64,000 nucleotides of DNA from Armatimonadota bacterium (GCA_039811685.1 JBDHZC010000004.1:32001-96000); one strand, 5' to 3'; counted from the stretch's first letter, positions 29,224 to 38,921 are shown. Program-made: numbers and translations. The notes: generated by a model from the letters alone, not told the origin.

Positions 29224-30366
29224 TCAGAACTTTGCCTCCCATAGCTTGATTGACACCTGCCGCCGCACGGACTCATCAGGTGATATATCGGTAAGTCCGC
29301 GGTGTTTCCGTTCTCGAATTCGCCGCTGAATATCAGCCGTAAGATTAATCTGCGCGTTGCGTTCCACCAGATCTTCAGGCTCTACTCGCACGACGACCAG
29401 AGGTTTGCTTGTCCCAGAAGTGGATTCCGATGCCGTCAGCGTTGATTTCTCGGCTCCATAACTGTCCGAACCATCAATGGTCCCGACTGTCCTGTTGAGC
29501 GAATCGGAACGGGTGGGCGTTTCTGGAACTGGCAGCGCAGCCACTTGTCCAACCGGCAGCCGAGAGCTTTTTGATACCAGGGGGCCTGCAAAACGCCGGG
29601 TAGTTTTTGAGCGTCCGGAGCGCGAAGTTGCCCGCATCGCCGCCTTTTCTGCCACCTGTGGGCCAGATGCGGCGGCAACCGTCAGTGGTGCTCTGGAGTC
29701 AGAGTCCTGCGGTTGAGACGAAACACCCTCTTCGTGTTTCTGAGTCGTGGATGGCAGAGATGTCTGCGGCGCAACGGGAGCTTTCGACAGTGAGGTTGAC
29801 GGTGGCGCCGTTACCGGCCGCCCGGTACTGTTTATTGTGCCATGAAAAACGCTTATCAGTACCACCGCCGCCACAACTCCGGCGCCCAGCGCTGCCTTCC
29901 ATGGCGCGGCGCCTCCAGCCCAGAGCCTGTGTGTCCGGGACCTTCGCGCATAGGTTGCCGAGGCGATAGCCTGTCTCAGGCCATCGGGCGCCGCAACTTC
30001 CGACATAGCAGAAGCGGCAGCATACCGCGAGTAGAACTGCGCGTCTTCAGAGCAGACTCTGCACTCCTCAACGTGCTGCTTTGCGGCAGGTGACAGATCA
30101 GCGGACGCTGCCAGGGCTAGCTCGCTCGCAGTCTCAATGCACCTCTGCGCCGCGGCCACAGTCTGGCTCAGACGTGCGCCCAGCCCGGCAGGAACTTCTT
30201 CGTCCACACTTAATGCGCACGCGCTGACGAGGTTTCTCATGGCCTGCAACGCTTCGCGACAACTAGCGCACTCCTGCAAATGGCGCTCAATGCTGGTTGT
30301 TGACTCAGCATCCATCTCTGCGTCCACGTAACAGGACAGATTGTTTTTGACTTCTGGGCAATTCAT
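29224..30366 (-). CDS. Anti-sigma-like membrane protein with two zf-HC2 motifs
   Basis: MNC...LSCYVD...HLQECASC and second HVEECRVC; one TM helix; low-complexity periplasmic tail. Confidence 0.85.
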   Translation of the reverse strand: MNCPEVKNNLSCYVDAEMDAESTTSIERHLQECASCREALQAMRNLVSACALSVDEEVPAGLGARLSQTVAAAQRCIETASELALAASADLSPAAKQHVEECRVCSEDAQFYSRYAAASAMSEVAAPDGLRQAIASATYARRSRTHRLWAGGAAPWKAALGAGVVAAVVLISVFHGTINSTGRPVTAPPSTSLSKAPVAPQTSLPSTTQKHEEGVSSQPQDSDSRAPLTVAAASGPQVAEKAAMRATSRSGRSKTTRRFAGPLVSKSSRLPVGQVAALPVPETPTRSDSLNRTVGTIDGSDSYGAEKSTLTASESTSGTSKPLVVVRVEPEDLVERNAQINLTADIQRRIRERKHRGLTDISPDESVRRQVSIKLWEAKF

Positions 30367-30493
30367 AAACTGATTTCCTGTCTTCGCGCTGTCTTCACCG
30401 ACCGCGCCTGCAGCCGATATGCGACCTCGATTGTCGCATTCGCAGTCTCGAAAGCTCTCAGGAACTACACCTTACGGGATTCCTGACTGTTTG

Positions 30494-30529
30494 GAGACAC
30501 ATCTCTATTAGTTGAGACACTTGTGTCTC
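30494..30529. promoter_or_regulatory. Candidate operator (palindrome plus extra half-site)
   Basis: GAGACAC-TT-GTGTCTC at 30514-30529 and another GAGACAC at 30494-30500 in a divergent intergenic region. Confidence 0.45.
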
Positions 30530-30806
30530 TCAAATGTAACAGCTCTTTTCGGGAGAGTTGCCGGGTGGCTGAAAACTTGGGAAAGCCCGCCGGCGTAGCT
30601 GCCTGCTCAGGTCGCCGTAGCCAATGTTTTCTTGTATCGGTGTGGGTGAGTGTGTATAATGCTCTGTCCCTGCGCAGCGCTGAGTGCCCGATGATCCGCG
30701 GAGAGACAAAATCAGCCGGCGAGCAGTCCTAAGCTGCAAGCGCTCTCAGCCAGACGATGCAGGCTGACCTGCGGCGCATGGTCGCACTGGATCGGTCTAC
30801 AGACCA

Positions 30807-31400
30807 TTGCCAAAAGAACCGCAATTTACAACTGCACACCGCTTGACAGGCGTTTTCATACTGGCTATCACAATGGCAGGCGGCTGCTCCAGGGTTCCGA
30901 CCCGGACTCCTGCAAAGCCGGGACCTGCGCGGCCTCCTGTGATCGTGCGCGTCGAGGGCGCAGACACTGTGCAAACGGATGAACAGGGCAATGAGCTTTG
31001 GAGGGTGAAGGCGGATGAAATGCTGCTCAACCAGGAGAAAGGGACAGCCGATCTCCACGGCGGGCAGGTGACAGTCTTTGGTCCGGGCCACACCGTGCGG
31101 CTCAACCTCAGTGCGCCACGCGTCCAAACGAGCGTCCTGGAGCGCAAGCTCACAGCTTCCGGGGGCATAAAGGCTGAGAGTCCTGTCTCTCAAACCCAGT
31201 TTTCAGCGGGGAAAATTGAAGTGGACCTGAACCGCGACAGCATTGTGGCGAGCGACGGGCTGATGGGAAGTAGGCCAAATGGGTCCTTCAAAGCCCAAAG
31301 GCTGGAGTCCGATATCAAGCTGACACGCATGAAGCTTTCAGACCCCAGAAATGTGGAGATACTGATAGACTTTGCTAACGAAAGAATGGGCAGACCATGA
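30807..31400 (+). CDS. lptC: LPS export protein LptC-like (possible lipoprotein)
   Basis: AGGC lipobox-like signal; W.VKA and beta-jellyroll pattern; first gene of the lpt operon. Confidence 0.65.
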   Translation: MPKEPQFTTAHRLTGVFILAITMAGGCSRVPTRTPAKPGPARPPVIVRVEGADTVQTDEQGNELWRVKADEMLLNQEKGTADLHGGQVTVFGPGHTVRLNLSAPRVQTSVLERKLTASGGIKAESPVSQTQFSAGKIEVDLNRDSIVASDGLMGSRPNGSFKAQRLESDIKLTRMKLSDPRNVEILIDFANERMGRP

Positions 31401-31969
31401 AGATTCGATTCCGGGTGGCCATAGCCGTCATTACTGCCGCTGGGTTGACGTGTATCGGAGTAATCAAGCCTGGAACGACGGCACAGGGAGAATCCAACCA
31501 GCCGGTTGGGCCTGTCCAGGTAAGCGCGCGCGTCATCGAATGGCTGGAGCAGGACCTGATCCTCACGGGGGGGACGCCACGCGTCCACAGCCTTGACGGG
31601 CGCTTTGACTTCCGGGGAGGCAAAATCGTTGTAACGCTCAACCGGGGCAAGAGCGTGCAACGCAAAGACCTCGTCGCCAAAGTCGTTGCCACGGGAGGCG
31701 CGACAGTGGATGCTAAGCTGCCAGATCGCACTGTCCATGCGACTGCCAGCAAGGCCACATACGACCACGCTAGCGAGACCGTCGTCTTTGAGGGCAATGT
31801 CAAAGCGAAGGTGATGGATCCGCAGCTCACTGAGCCGGGAACGCTCGTCGGGCAGAAGGCGACTTTGTGGCTGAATGCTGGTCCGGGGCAGACGCGCGTG
31901 AAAGTGGAGGGAGCCCCGGCCACAATCCAGGTGACCCCAAAGGGCGAGAACCAGGAGCGGAAAGGCTAG
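31397..31969 (+). CDS. lptA: LptA/OstA-like periplasmic protein
   Basis: Signal peptide; VVATGG, KATYD....VVFEGNV jellyroll motifs; position before lptB. Confidence 0.75.
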   Translation: MKIRFRVAIAVITAAGLTCIGVIKPGTTAQGESNQPVGPVQVSARVIEWLEQDLILTGGTPRVHSLDGRFDFRGGKIVVTLNRGKSVQRKDLVAKVVATGGATVDAKLPDRTVHATASKATYDHASETVVFEGNVKAKVMDPQLTEPGTLVGQKATLWLNAGPGQTRVKVEGAPATIQVTPKGENQERKG

Positions 31970-31972
31970 CGC

Positions 31973-32692
31973 TTGAGTCTGGCGTGTCAGGAACTTGTCA
32001 AAGTTTACCGGGGAAGACGCGTTGTCGATAACCTGAGCTTTACAGCGGCGCGCGGAGAGACCGTTGGGATTCTGGGGCCGAACGGCGCTGGAAAGACGAC
32101 GACTTTCTACATGGTTTTGGGCCTTGCGCGGCCCGATTCTGGCGTCATCCTCTTTGAAGACCACGACATCACCCATTTGTCAGTCGCCAGGCGCAGCAAG
32201 ATGGGGATCGGATATCTGGCCCAGGAGGCCTCCATTTTCCGCAAACTGACAGTGCTCCAGAATGTTATGCTCTACCTCGAGGCCGCGGAGTATCCTGCGG
32301 CAGGGAGATACAAGCGCGCGATGCAGCTTCTTGGAGAGTTTGGTGTGGATGCGCGTGCGCAGGAGCAGAGTATCAGTCTTTCTGGAGGTGAGCGGCGTCG
32401 CGTCGAGATCGCTCGCGCTCTTGCCGCTGACCCCGCATTCATTTTGCTTGACGAGCCTTTCACCGGCATTGACCCCATCGCCATCAACGATATAAAGAGC
32501 ATTATCCGCAGTCTCGCCGAGCGTAACATTGGCATTATCATCACAGATCACAATGTCCGTGACACTCTGAGCATCTGTGACAGAGCCTATATCGTTGCGC
32601 AGGGCCGCATCGTCACCAGCGGCACCAGCCAAACTATCCCGGATGATCCGCTCGCCCGGCAGTTCTACCTCGGCGAAGATTACGAGGCCTGA
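31973..32692 (+). CDS. lptB: LPS export ABC transporter ATPase
   Basis: GPNGAGKTTTFY, YLAQEASIFRKL, LSGGERRRVEIAR, LLDEPF, TDHNVRDTL, YLGE. Confidence 0.96.
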   Translation: MSLACQELVKVYRGRRVVDNLSFTAARGETVGILGPNGAGKTTTFYMVLGLARPDSGVILFEDHDITHLSVARRSKMGIGYLAQEASIFRKLTVLQNVMLYLEAAEYPAAGRYKRAMQLLGEFGVDARAQEQSISLSGGERRRVEIARALAADPAFILLDEPFTGIDPIAINDIKSIIRSLAERNIGIIITDHNVRDTLSICDRAYIVAQGRIVTSGTSQTIPDDPLARQFYLGEDYEA

Positions 32693-32695
32693 GCC

Positions 32696-33781
32696 TTGTT
32701 CAAGACTGTTGACAGGCTTGTCTGTAAAGAGATCATCCCTCCTCTGCTGTTTGGGATCGCCGCATTTACAAGCCTGTTCTTCGCGGGAAGCTATCTCGGC
32801 AAGCTGACAAATCTGCTGCTTCAGGGCGTTCCAATATCTGTCGTCCTCAAGCTCTTCGCGCTCAACCTGCCAGGCATTGTTGTGCTGACGCTGCCAATGA
32901 GTGTGCTGCTGGGCGTGTTGTTATCATTTGCGCGTCTATCGTCTGACAGTGAAATGGTCGCCCTGTGGGCAGGAGGGGTCAGCCTGTGGCGTCTCATGCG
33001 CCCCGTGCTGGCAATCGCACTGTCAGTTTCTGTACTCAGCTTTGTGATAAACAACTGGATTGCTCCAGGCGCCGCCCGTCGCTCGGCCGATCTGAAGGCC
33101 AGAGCACTGAAAGAAGCTACGGCAATTGAGAATCCCTTCGTGCAGACCGATAAGCAGGACGGAAGGTTCAGCTCCATTATCGTTGTCAATGGAGGGATGA
33201 AGAACCACCAGCTCTGGGATGTGTCGGTCGTTACAGGTTTTGGTCCTGGAGGTCCCAACCTCTATTTTCACGCGGAACGCGCGGTGTGGGAAGGCGGGGA
33301 CAAGTGGATTCTCTACAACGGAATCATGAAGACTCTGGGAACGGGTCGCGAGTCGGTAACCAGGTACGGACAGTTCAAGAGCCAGCCGATCACGATACAG
33401 GGAACGCCTGAAGAGATTGCGGAGGCGCAACGTGACTCTGATGAGATGTCTTTCACTCAGCTTGCGCGAAGAATCCAGCGACTGCGCTCTGTGCAGGACA
33501 CCCGCCCGCTGGAAGTCGATCTGTATAACAAGATAGCGTTACCGCTCGCCAGTCTCGTATTTGCTCTGATTGCGGCGCCTCTGGGTTTGCGGCCACAGCG
33601 CAGTGGAAGTGGTGTAGGTTTTGGGTTAAGCATTGGACTTATCTTTGCGTATTGGATGGTGTGGCAGTACACCAGCCAGTTTGCCAAGACCAGTAATCTT
33701 GCGCCGATTGCCGGTAGCTTTATGGCGAACTTGATCTTCCTTGGAGTGGGAGTGGCGTTACTCATTCGGAAGGCGAGATAG
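32696..33781 (+). CDS. LptF/LptG family permease
   Basis: DR....E, LPMSVLLG, RLSSDSEM.AL..GG.S; 3+3 TM helices around a periplasmic domain. Confidence 0.92.
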   Translation: MFKTVDRLVCKEIIPPLLFGIAAFTSLFFAGSYLGKLTNLLLQGVPISVVLKLFALNLPGIVVLTLPMSVLLGVLLSFARLSSDSEMVALWAGGVSLWRLMRPVLAIALSVSVLSFVINNWIAPGAARRSADLKARALKEATAIENPFVQTDKQDGRFSSIIVVNGGMKNHQLWDVSVVTGFGPGGPNLYFHAERAVWEGGDKWILYNGIMKTLGTGRESVTRYGQFKSQPITIQGTPEEIAEAQRDSDEMSFTQLARRIQRLRSVQDTRPLEVDLYNKIALPLASLVFALIAAPLGLRPQRSGSGVGFGLSIGLIFAYWMVWQYTSQFAKTSNLAPIAGSFMANLIFLGVGVALLIRKAR

Positions 33782-33862
33782 TTTTTCGAAATGATATTAC
33801 AAGATGTTTTGTACAACTTGGACATTGTTGGGCATATTGCCGGAAGGGCGGCAGCCTGATCT

Positions 33863-35242
33863 ATGCTGCGTGCGATTGTCTTTCTTGGAATTCTGGTAAT
33901 CGGTTCTGGTGGGGTCGCTTATGTTGGCGATCTGATTGGCCGGCGAATGGGCAAGGCTCGTCTGACGCTATTTGGCATGCGTCCACGCCATACTGCGGTT
34001 CTTATCACGACCGTGACCGGAATGCTGATTGCCTTTCTGACGCTGACAATTCTGCTCGCCTCAGACAAGCCGCTGAGAAAAGTGATTTTCCGGGGAATGC
34101 AGATTCTGGCGGAGAATCGGACGCTTCAACAGGACAATGAATCGCTGAGCAGAACTCAGCGGGTGCTTGAAAAACAGGCGGAGAAGAGCCGGTTGCTCGC
34201 CAGGAAGGCTGACGCTGAGCGGCGCAGCGCGGACGGCAGGCTGAAATCCGCTCAACAGCGCCTCAAGGCACTCTCGGATCGCATCGCTGTCCAGCAAAAG
34301 GAATTGGCTGCCGCGGCGGCCAGGCTGACGCGGGAACAACTGAAGCTGGAATCGGTTCAGGCTCAGCGTGAAGTTGCTGAGCGCAGCCTTCGGGCCGCTC
34401 AGACACAACTCCGCCAGACGCAAACGCTGCTCAGCTCCGCTAGAAGGGAAGCTGCTGAAGCCGCCAAAGCGGCGATCCAGGCGCGTCGCGAGGCGAATGT
34501 CGCTCTGCTGGAAAAGGAGATTTCTATTGGCAGCTATGAAGACCTCCTGAACAAGCCAGCGAACTTCACTGCCGGTGAAGAGGTCGCCCGCGGTGTGGTT
34601 ACTTATTCGCACGACTTTTCGGTCGTTCGCCGCGCCATTGTCGGAGTTCTGGCCGAAGCCAGCCACGCAGCTATCGACCGTGGGGCATCTGTCGCCAGCA
34701 ACGGCAGAGCGGTCGTGATTCCCAATGTGGTTGCGGCGCCGGGAGCGGGGAAGGAATCCTTCACTGAAGATGACCAGATCAATGCGCTGAGAGACGAAAT
34801 TGTGGACGGAGGCGCAAATGTAGTCCTCCAGATAATCGCGAAAACCAACTCTGTTCCTGGCAAACCGGTTTTGATACAGGTGCGCCCCTACGCCGACAAT
34901 TTCGCGTTTGCCAAAGGTGAAACTCTGGCTTGCACACAACTCGACGCGTCAAGGAATGCTGAAGATTTGGCTGGAAACATTATCAATTTCCTGGCGACAA
35001 GCGTGCGTTCGGAGGCTGAGGTGCGGGATCTCATTCCGAGGATCAAGGTGGCAAGAGACCCCGAAGACCCCTCACCGCTCCAGAAGCGTTACTTCGAAAT
35101 GGACGCCACGCGCCTGGCTGCGCTTGTGCAGCGCGTCATAGTAGAGGGCGGAAGGGTGACGCTGTGCGCGCAGGCAGCGGCGGACACTACGTCAGCGGGG
35201 CCACTTTCACTCGTATTCTCTGTCAAGCCGGCAGAGCCGTGA
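33863..35242 (+). CDS. DUF3084-like membrane-anchored coiled-coil protein
   Basis: GGVAYVGD.IGRRMGKARLTLFGMRPRHTA motif, long coiled coil. Confidence 0.85.
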   Translation: MLRAIVFLGILVIGSGGVAYVGDLIGRRMGKARLTLFGMRPRHTAVLITTVTGMLIAFLTLTILLASDKPLRKVIFRGMQILAENRTLQQDNESLSRTQRVLEKQAEKSRLLARKADAERRSADGRLKSAQQRLKALSDRIAVQQKELAAAAARLTREQLKLESVQAQREVAERSLRAAQTQLRQTQTLLSSARREAAEAAKAAIQARREANVALLEKEISIGSYEDLLNKPANFTAGEEVARGVVTYSHDFSVVRRAIVGVLAEASHAAIDRGASVASNGRAVVIPNVVAAPGAGKESFTEDDQINALRDEIVDGGANVVLQIIAKTNSVPGKPVLIQVRPYADNFAFAKGETLACTQLDASRNAEDLAGNIINFLATSVRSEAEVRDLIPRIKVARDPEDPSPLQKRYFEMDATRLAALVQRVIVEGGRVTLCAQAAADTTSAGPLSLVFSVKPAEP

Positions 35243-35751
35243 TCTCACCGGTTGTTCTCGCTGTTGACCCGGGGCGCACCAAATGTGGGATTGCCGTCGT
35301 CTCGTGCGAAGGCGTCCTTCATAAAGACGTGTGTCCAGTACTTCAGTTGGTGCCGCGCGTGCTTGGCGCGATGGAAGCGACCGGGGCATGCCTGATCGTG
35401 ATGGGGAGCGGGACCAACGGAGCCAGGCTGGCCCGAGTTCTGCGACAGCAGTCTGAGCTTCGCAATGTGGAGCTCGTACTGGTGGACGAGGCATTCACGA
35501 CAGTGGAGGCGAGGAAAAGATTTTTTGATGAGAACCCTCCGCGTGGCCTGAAGCGTCTTATTCCGCGAGGGCTCCTGAAGCCTTCCTGCGCAGTGGACGA
35601 CTACGTCGCCGTCATTTTGGCGGAGAGAGCCTTGGCGGAGAGAGCCTTGGCAGAGAGAGCCTTGGCAGAGAGAGCCTTGGCAGAGAGAGCCTTGGCGGAG
35701 AGAAAAGACGGGGACACGGCTCAGTGCGAGGGCGACGGCGAGAGCGGCTAG
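35239..35751 (+). CDS. YqgF/RuvX-like RNase H-fold nuclease
   Basis: LAVDPGRTKCGIAV, VDE..TT.EAR, VDDYVAVILAER; GTG start overlaps the upstream stop. Confidence 0.85.
   Translation: MISPVVLAVDPGRTKCGIAVVSCEGVLHKDVCPVLQLVPRVLGAMEATGACLIVMGSGTNGARLARVLRQQSELRNVELVLVDEAFTTVEARKRFFDENPPRGLKRLIPRGLLKPSCAVDDYVAVILAERALAERALAERALAERALAERALAERKDGDTAQCEGDGESG
35617..35703 (+). repeat. 15-bp tandem repeat, about 5.8 copies, in frame (LAERA)n
   Basis: TTGGC[GA]GAGAGAGCC units read directly from the sequence. Confidence 0.97.
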
Positions 35752-35926
35752 AGACCCGGTGTCTTCGAGTTTTCTCTCAAGGCGAGATGGGAAAACTTGC
35801 GCAAGACAGCGTCGTGCAGCCCGTGTGAAACTCCAGTTTCAGCGTGCGCGTGACAATAATGAAATCTAGTCTTTAGATTATGGCCGCCCGCATGCGTGGG
35901 GTCAGGTAAAAATACCTGGCGAACTC

Positions 35927-35955
35927 TTGACAAGAGAGGCTGCGCATGCTAAATT
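35927..35955 (+). promoter_or_regulatory. Strong sigma70 promoter for the SLH-porin gene
   Basis: TTGACA-N17-TAAATT with extended -10 TG. Confidence 0.75.
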
Positions 35956-36331
35956 GCGGCTTCAGAGTGCGTCGGTGTGTCTATATGTGTTGAAGGACAC
36001 TGACACAAGCGGCGCGCAAGGATTCTCCGGGGAGTTTTCCGGAGTCTTTCGGAGGGGTTATCCAGAGGGGTTATCCACCGGAAGAAACTTTCGGACGAGA
36101 TGGATGGCGCTCGAGAAGTAGATGGGGGGACACCTCGGTCTGCTGATCCTGCGGATTCCAGCGTTCGAAAACCAATGCATGCCGAACAGAAGCGGCGCAA
36201 AAGACAACAACAGTGTAAAGCGATCTCGAAAGTGGAGGGAACATGGATACTCCGTGAGAGACAGCTCTGCGGAGTTGGCGTTTGGAGCGTCCTCTAGCGG
36301 GTGTGCATTGTTACACTCAAGGAGGAACACG

Positions 36332-38185
36332 ATGAAAAAGGCTGTAATCGGAGGCCTTGCTGGCGCGGTTCTGGCGCTTGCGGTTCCTGTGTTTGCACAG
36401 GGTCCGTTCGCTGACGTGCCGGTTGATCACTGGGCCTACGAAGCTGTACAGCAGCTCCAGGATAAGGGCATCGTGATCGGTTATCCCGATGGGACCTTCT
36501 CAGGCAAGCGTGCGCTGACTCGCTACGAGTTCGCACTGGCTCTTTCTCGCGCCATCCCTGTCATCTGCCAGGAGTGCGCGCAGCCAGTCGGACCCAATGG
36601 CCAGCCAGTGACCGACGCGCACATCAACGACCTCATCGACCAGAAGATCAGCAAGCTGACCGGCACTGACGTGTCCAGCCTGCAGAAGTCTATCGATGAG
36701 TTCCGCGATGAGCTTAGCCAGATGGGCGTCGATCTCGACGCTCTGAAGCGCGACGTTGCTTCTCTCGAGGAGCGCGTTGCAGCTCTGGAGGCCGAGCACA
36801 AGCGCCTGAAGATTACCACTCGCTTTAACGTATTCGCCATCGGCGCATCGCAAAGCAATGGTAGTCCGGTTGATCGTGATAACCGGCCGATGGGCACGGA
36901 CGATAACCTTCTCAAGGGGGTTAGCGTCGTGCGTGATGCCGACGTTATCTTCAATTACGAGGCCAGCGGCGCCAAAGCTCAGATCGTCCTGAACGCAGGC
37001 AACTATCTGAACTACCTTGGAGCCTTGACCAACTTTGCCGGTAACCCGTACGATATGAGCGGAAGCGGTTCCGATTATTCGGACGCCGTGAATCTGTTCC
37101 TTGGTTACGGTGAAGTTCCGCTTCTCGGAGCGGATGTGTCGGTTGGCCGCTTCCCAATCCAGTTCACCAAGTGGACCCTCAAGAAGTTTGACGTGGACAC
37201 CTACACGGAGAACTGGAAGACGGATGACGGTAACTACTACGTCGACGGCGGTAAGGCTGCGTGGACGTGGGGTGGCGTTGATATCCTTGCCTTTGCCGGC
37301 AAGAATAACAACATTGTTGGCGGCATTCCGGCCAACTACACCGCGCTCCCGGCTGCCGGACCTGGAATTGCCGCTCTGCCAAGTTCGAGCATTGGCACCT
37401 TCCCCGCCGCGCTCCAGAGCACGGGCGTTCGCGCCGCGTTTGGTCTGGGTGCGCTGAAAGTGGGCCTGAACTACATCAACGCTGGAACAACTTCGATTGC
37501 GACTCCGTATGATGAGGCTCAGGTGTATGGCGCTGATCTGAACTGGAACTGGGGCAGTTGGAAGTGGTATGGCGCGTGGACTGAAACCACCAGCAATGGT
37601 GTTGGCGCCACGCCGAATGTCAGCAACGACAACACGGCCTGGGAAGTTGGCACCAATGGCAACTGGGGTGGTCTCGGAATCGCCGCGAGCTATGTTCGCG
37701 TCGAGCCGAACTTCGCCGCTCCTGGCGATTGGCGCCGCATCGGCCGCTGGCAGAACCCTGTTAACCTGCAGGGGCCCGAAGTTGGTCTGAAGTACGGCAT
37801 CAGCGAGCGCTGGAATGTGTTTGCATCCGGCGCCTGGTATGATGGCGTTCAGAACGCCAGCTATCTCGGTAGCTTCGCCGGCACCGCTCTCAACGCCGCC
37901 GCTAAGGTCCAGCAGTACAAGGCTGGCGTGGATGTGGCCCTGGGTCGTGGAACCCTGGGCTTCGACGCCGAGTGGGTGCGCTGGGATCCAAACGTGACCG
38001 GCGCAACTGGTACGCCTGAGGAGAGGTATTACACGATCAGCTACAACCACATGCTGACTGACAATGCCAAGCTCCGCCTGCTTTACCAGATCGTTGATTA
38101 CGATGCCAATGGCAACGCAGTCGCTCCTTATGGCGCCAGCTACAAGGGTGACGTCGCTGTTGTTCAGGCTTCTATGGACTTCTAG
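36332..38185 (+). CDS. SLH-domain outer-membrane porin (OmpM/SlpA-like tether)
   Basis: AAGGAGG RBS; signal peptide; FADVPVDHWAYEAV...GYPDGTF.G....TRYE SLH domain; coiled coil; beta-barrel ending in Phe. Confidence 0.9.
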   Translation: MKKAVIGGLAGAVLALAVPVFAQGPFADVPVDHWAYEAVQQLQDKGIVIGYPDGTFSGKRALTRYEFALALSRAIPVICQECAQPVGPNGQPVTDAHINDLIDQKISKLTGTDVSSLQKSIDEFRDELSQMGVDLDALKRDVASLEERVAALEAEHKRLKITTRFNVFAIGASQSNGSPVDRDNRPMGTDDNLLKGVSVVRDADVIFNYEASGAKAQIVLNAGNYLNYLGALTNFAGNPYDMSGSGSDYSDAVNLFLGYGEVPLLGADVSVGRFPIQFTKWTLKKFDVDTYTENWKTDDGNYYVDGGKAAWTWGGVDILAFAGKNNNIVGGIPANYTALPAAGPGIAALPSSSIGTFPAALQSTGVRAAFGLGALKVGLNYINAGTTSIATPYDEAQVYGADLNWNWGSWKWYGAWTETTSNGVGATPNVSNDNTAWEVGTNGNWGGLGIAASYVRVEPNFAAPGDWRRIGRWQNPVNLQGPEVGLKYGISERWNVFASGAWYDGVQNASYLGSFAGTALNAAAKVQQYKAGVDVALGRGTLGFDAEWVRWDPNVTGATGTPEERYYTISYNHMLTDNAKLRLLYQIVDYDANGNAVAPYGASYKGDVAVVQASMDF

Positions 38186-38253
38186 GTTCTGCGATGTGGG
38201 CTGAAAGGCCCCTATCCAGGAACTGAGTTCTTAGAAATCTAGCGATTAGCAAA

Positions 38254-38291
38254 GGGGAGGCTCCGGGCTCAGCAAAGTCCGGAGCCTCTCC
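38254..38291 (+). terminator. Strong hairpin downstream of the porin gene
   Basis: GGGGAGGCTCCGGGCT-CAGCAA-AGTCCGGAGCCTCTCC; no U tract. Confidence 0.55.
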
Positions 38292-38474
38292 GGCGTAATG
38301 GCGGCGAGGAGAGCCATTTTGTGGCTGTCTGACGTCTAATAACGAGAACGTCAAAGTTGAGTTGAGAATCGTCGAAGGAGTGTGGCCAGGGGCCGTTCGG
38401 AGCCGCTCGACGGTTGAGAGTTGAAATCCGAGGGCGTCTGATGGGGAAGCTCTCTAGAACTGATGAGGACAGAC

Positions 38475-38921
38475 ATGCTGAGACAAACAAGGAAATGGAA
38501 AGCGTTGAGCGGCGTTATTGCAGCCGTGTTCGTGATGGGCTTCGGCGCAGTTCAGGTTAGAGCGCTGGATCTAGGCAGCGTGATCAAGGTTGGAGGCATC
38601 GGTTTTCTGGTCAAACAGTTTGGTCCGGACATCAATAAAGCCATCAACGCTGCCTTTGGTAAGAAGAGTTTTGATCCGTACGACGCGACCAAAGTCGTTC
38701 CCATTATCAGCCTTGGCAATGGGGGTTATGTTGGCGCTGCTCAGGTGCAGGGGCCCGCGCGAGCGATTGACGAGGTGCAGGCTGTCGGGCAGATTGAAGT
38801 GGCCTTTGGCAACAAGAGCTTCCGTATTAAAGCTCTGGTGCCGGTGGACAGCCTCAATCCAACAAAGGTCAGCCGCGTCAAGGGAACTGGCGTCAGTGCA
38901 GTCATTGACGTCAGAATCTAG
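38475..38921 (+). CDS. Conserved secreted hypothetical protein
   Basis: Signal peptide (..VRA); GGIGFLVKQFG..INK, TKVVPIISLG.GGYVGAAQV. Confidence 0.75.
   Translation: MLRQTRKWKALSGVIAAVFVMGFGAVQVRALDLGSVIKVGGIGFLVKQFGPDINKAINAAFGKKSFDPYDATKVVPIISLGNGGYVGAAQVQGPARAIDEVQAVGQIEVAFGNKSFRIKALVPVDSLNPTKVSRVKGTGVSAVIDVRI

Noticed and set aside
35617..35703. Possible CRISPR array
   Set aside because: Contiguous 15-bp units with no spacers and no cas genes
36500..38050. 516-aa antisense ORF
   Set aside because: Shadow of the strongly codon-biased SLH porin gene; no recognisable motifs
38254..38291. RNase P RNA-like AAAGTCCGG / CCGGGCTC words
   Set aside because: Explained by a simple hairpin; the rest of the RNase P core is absent
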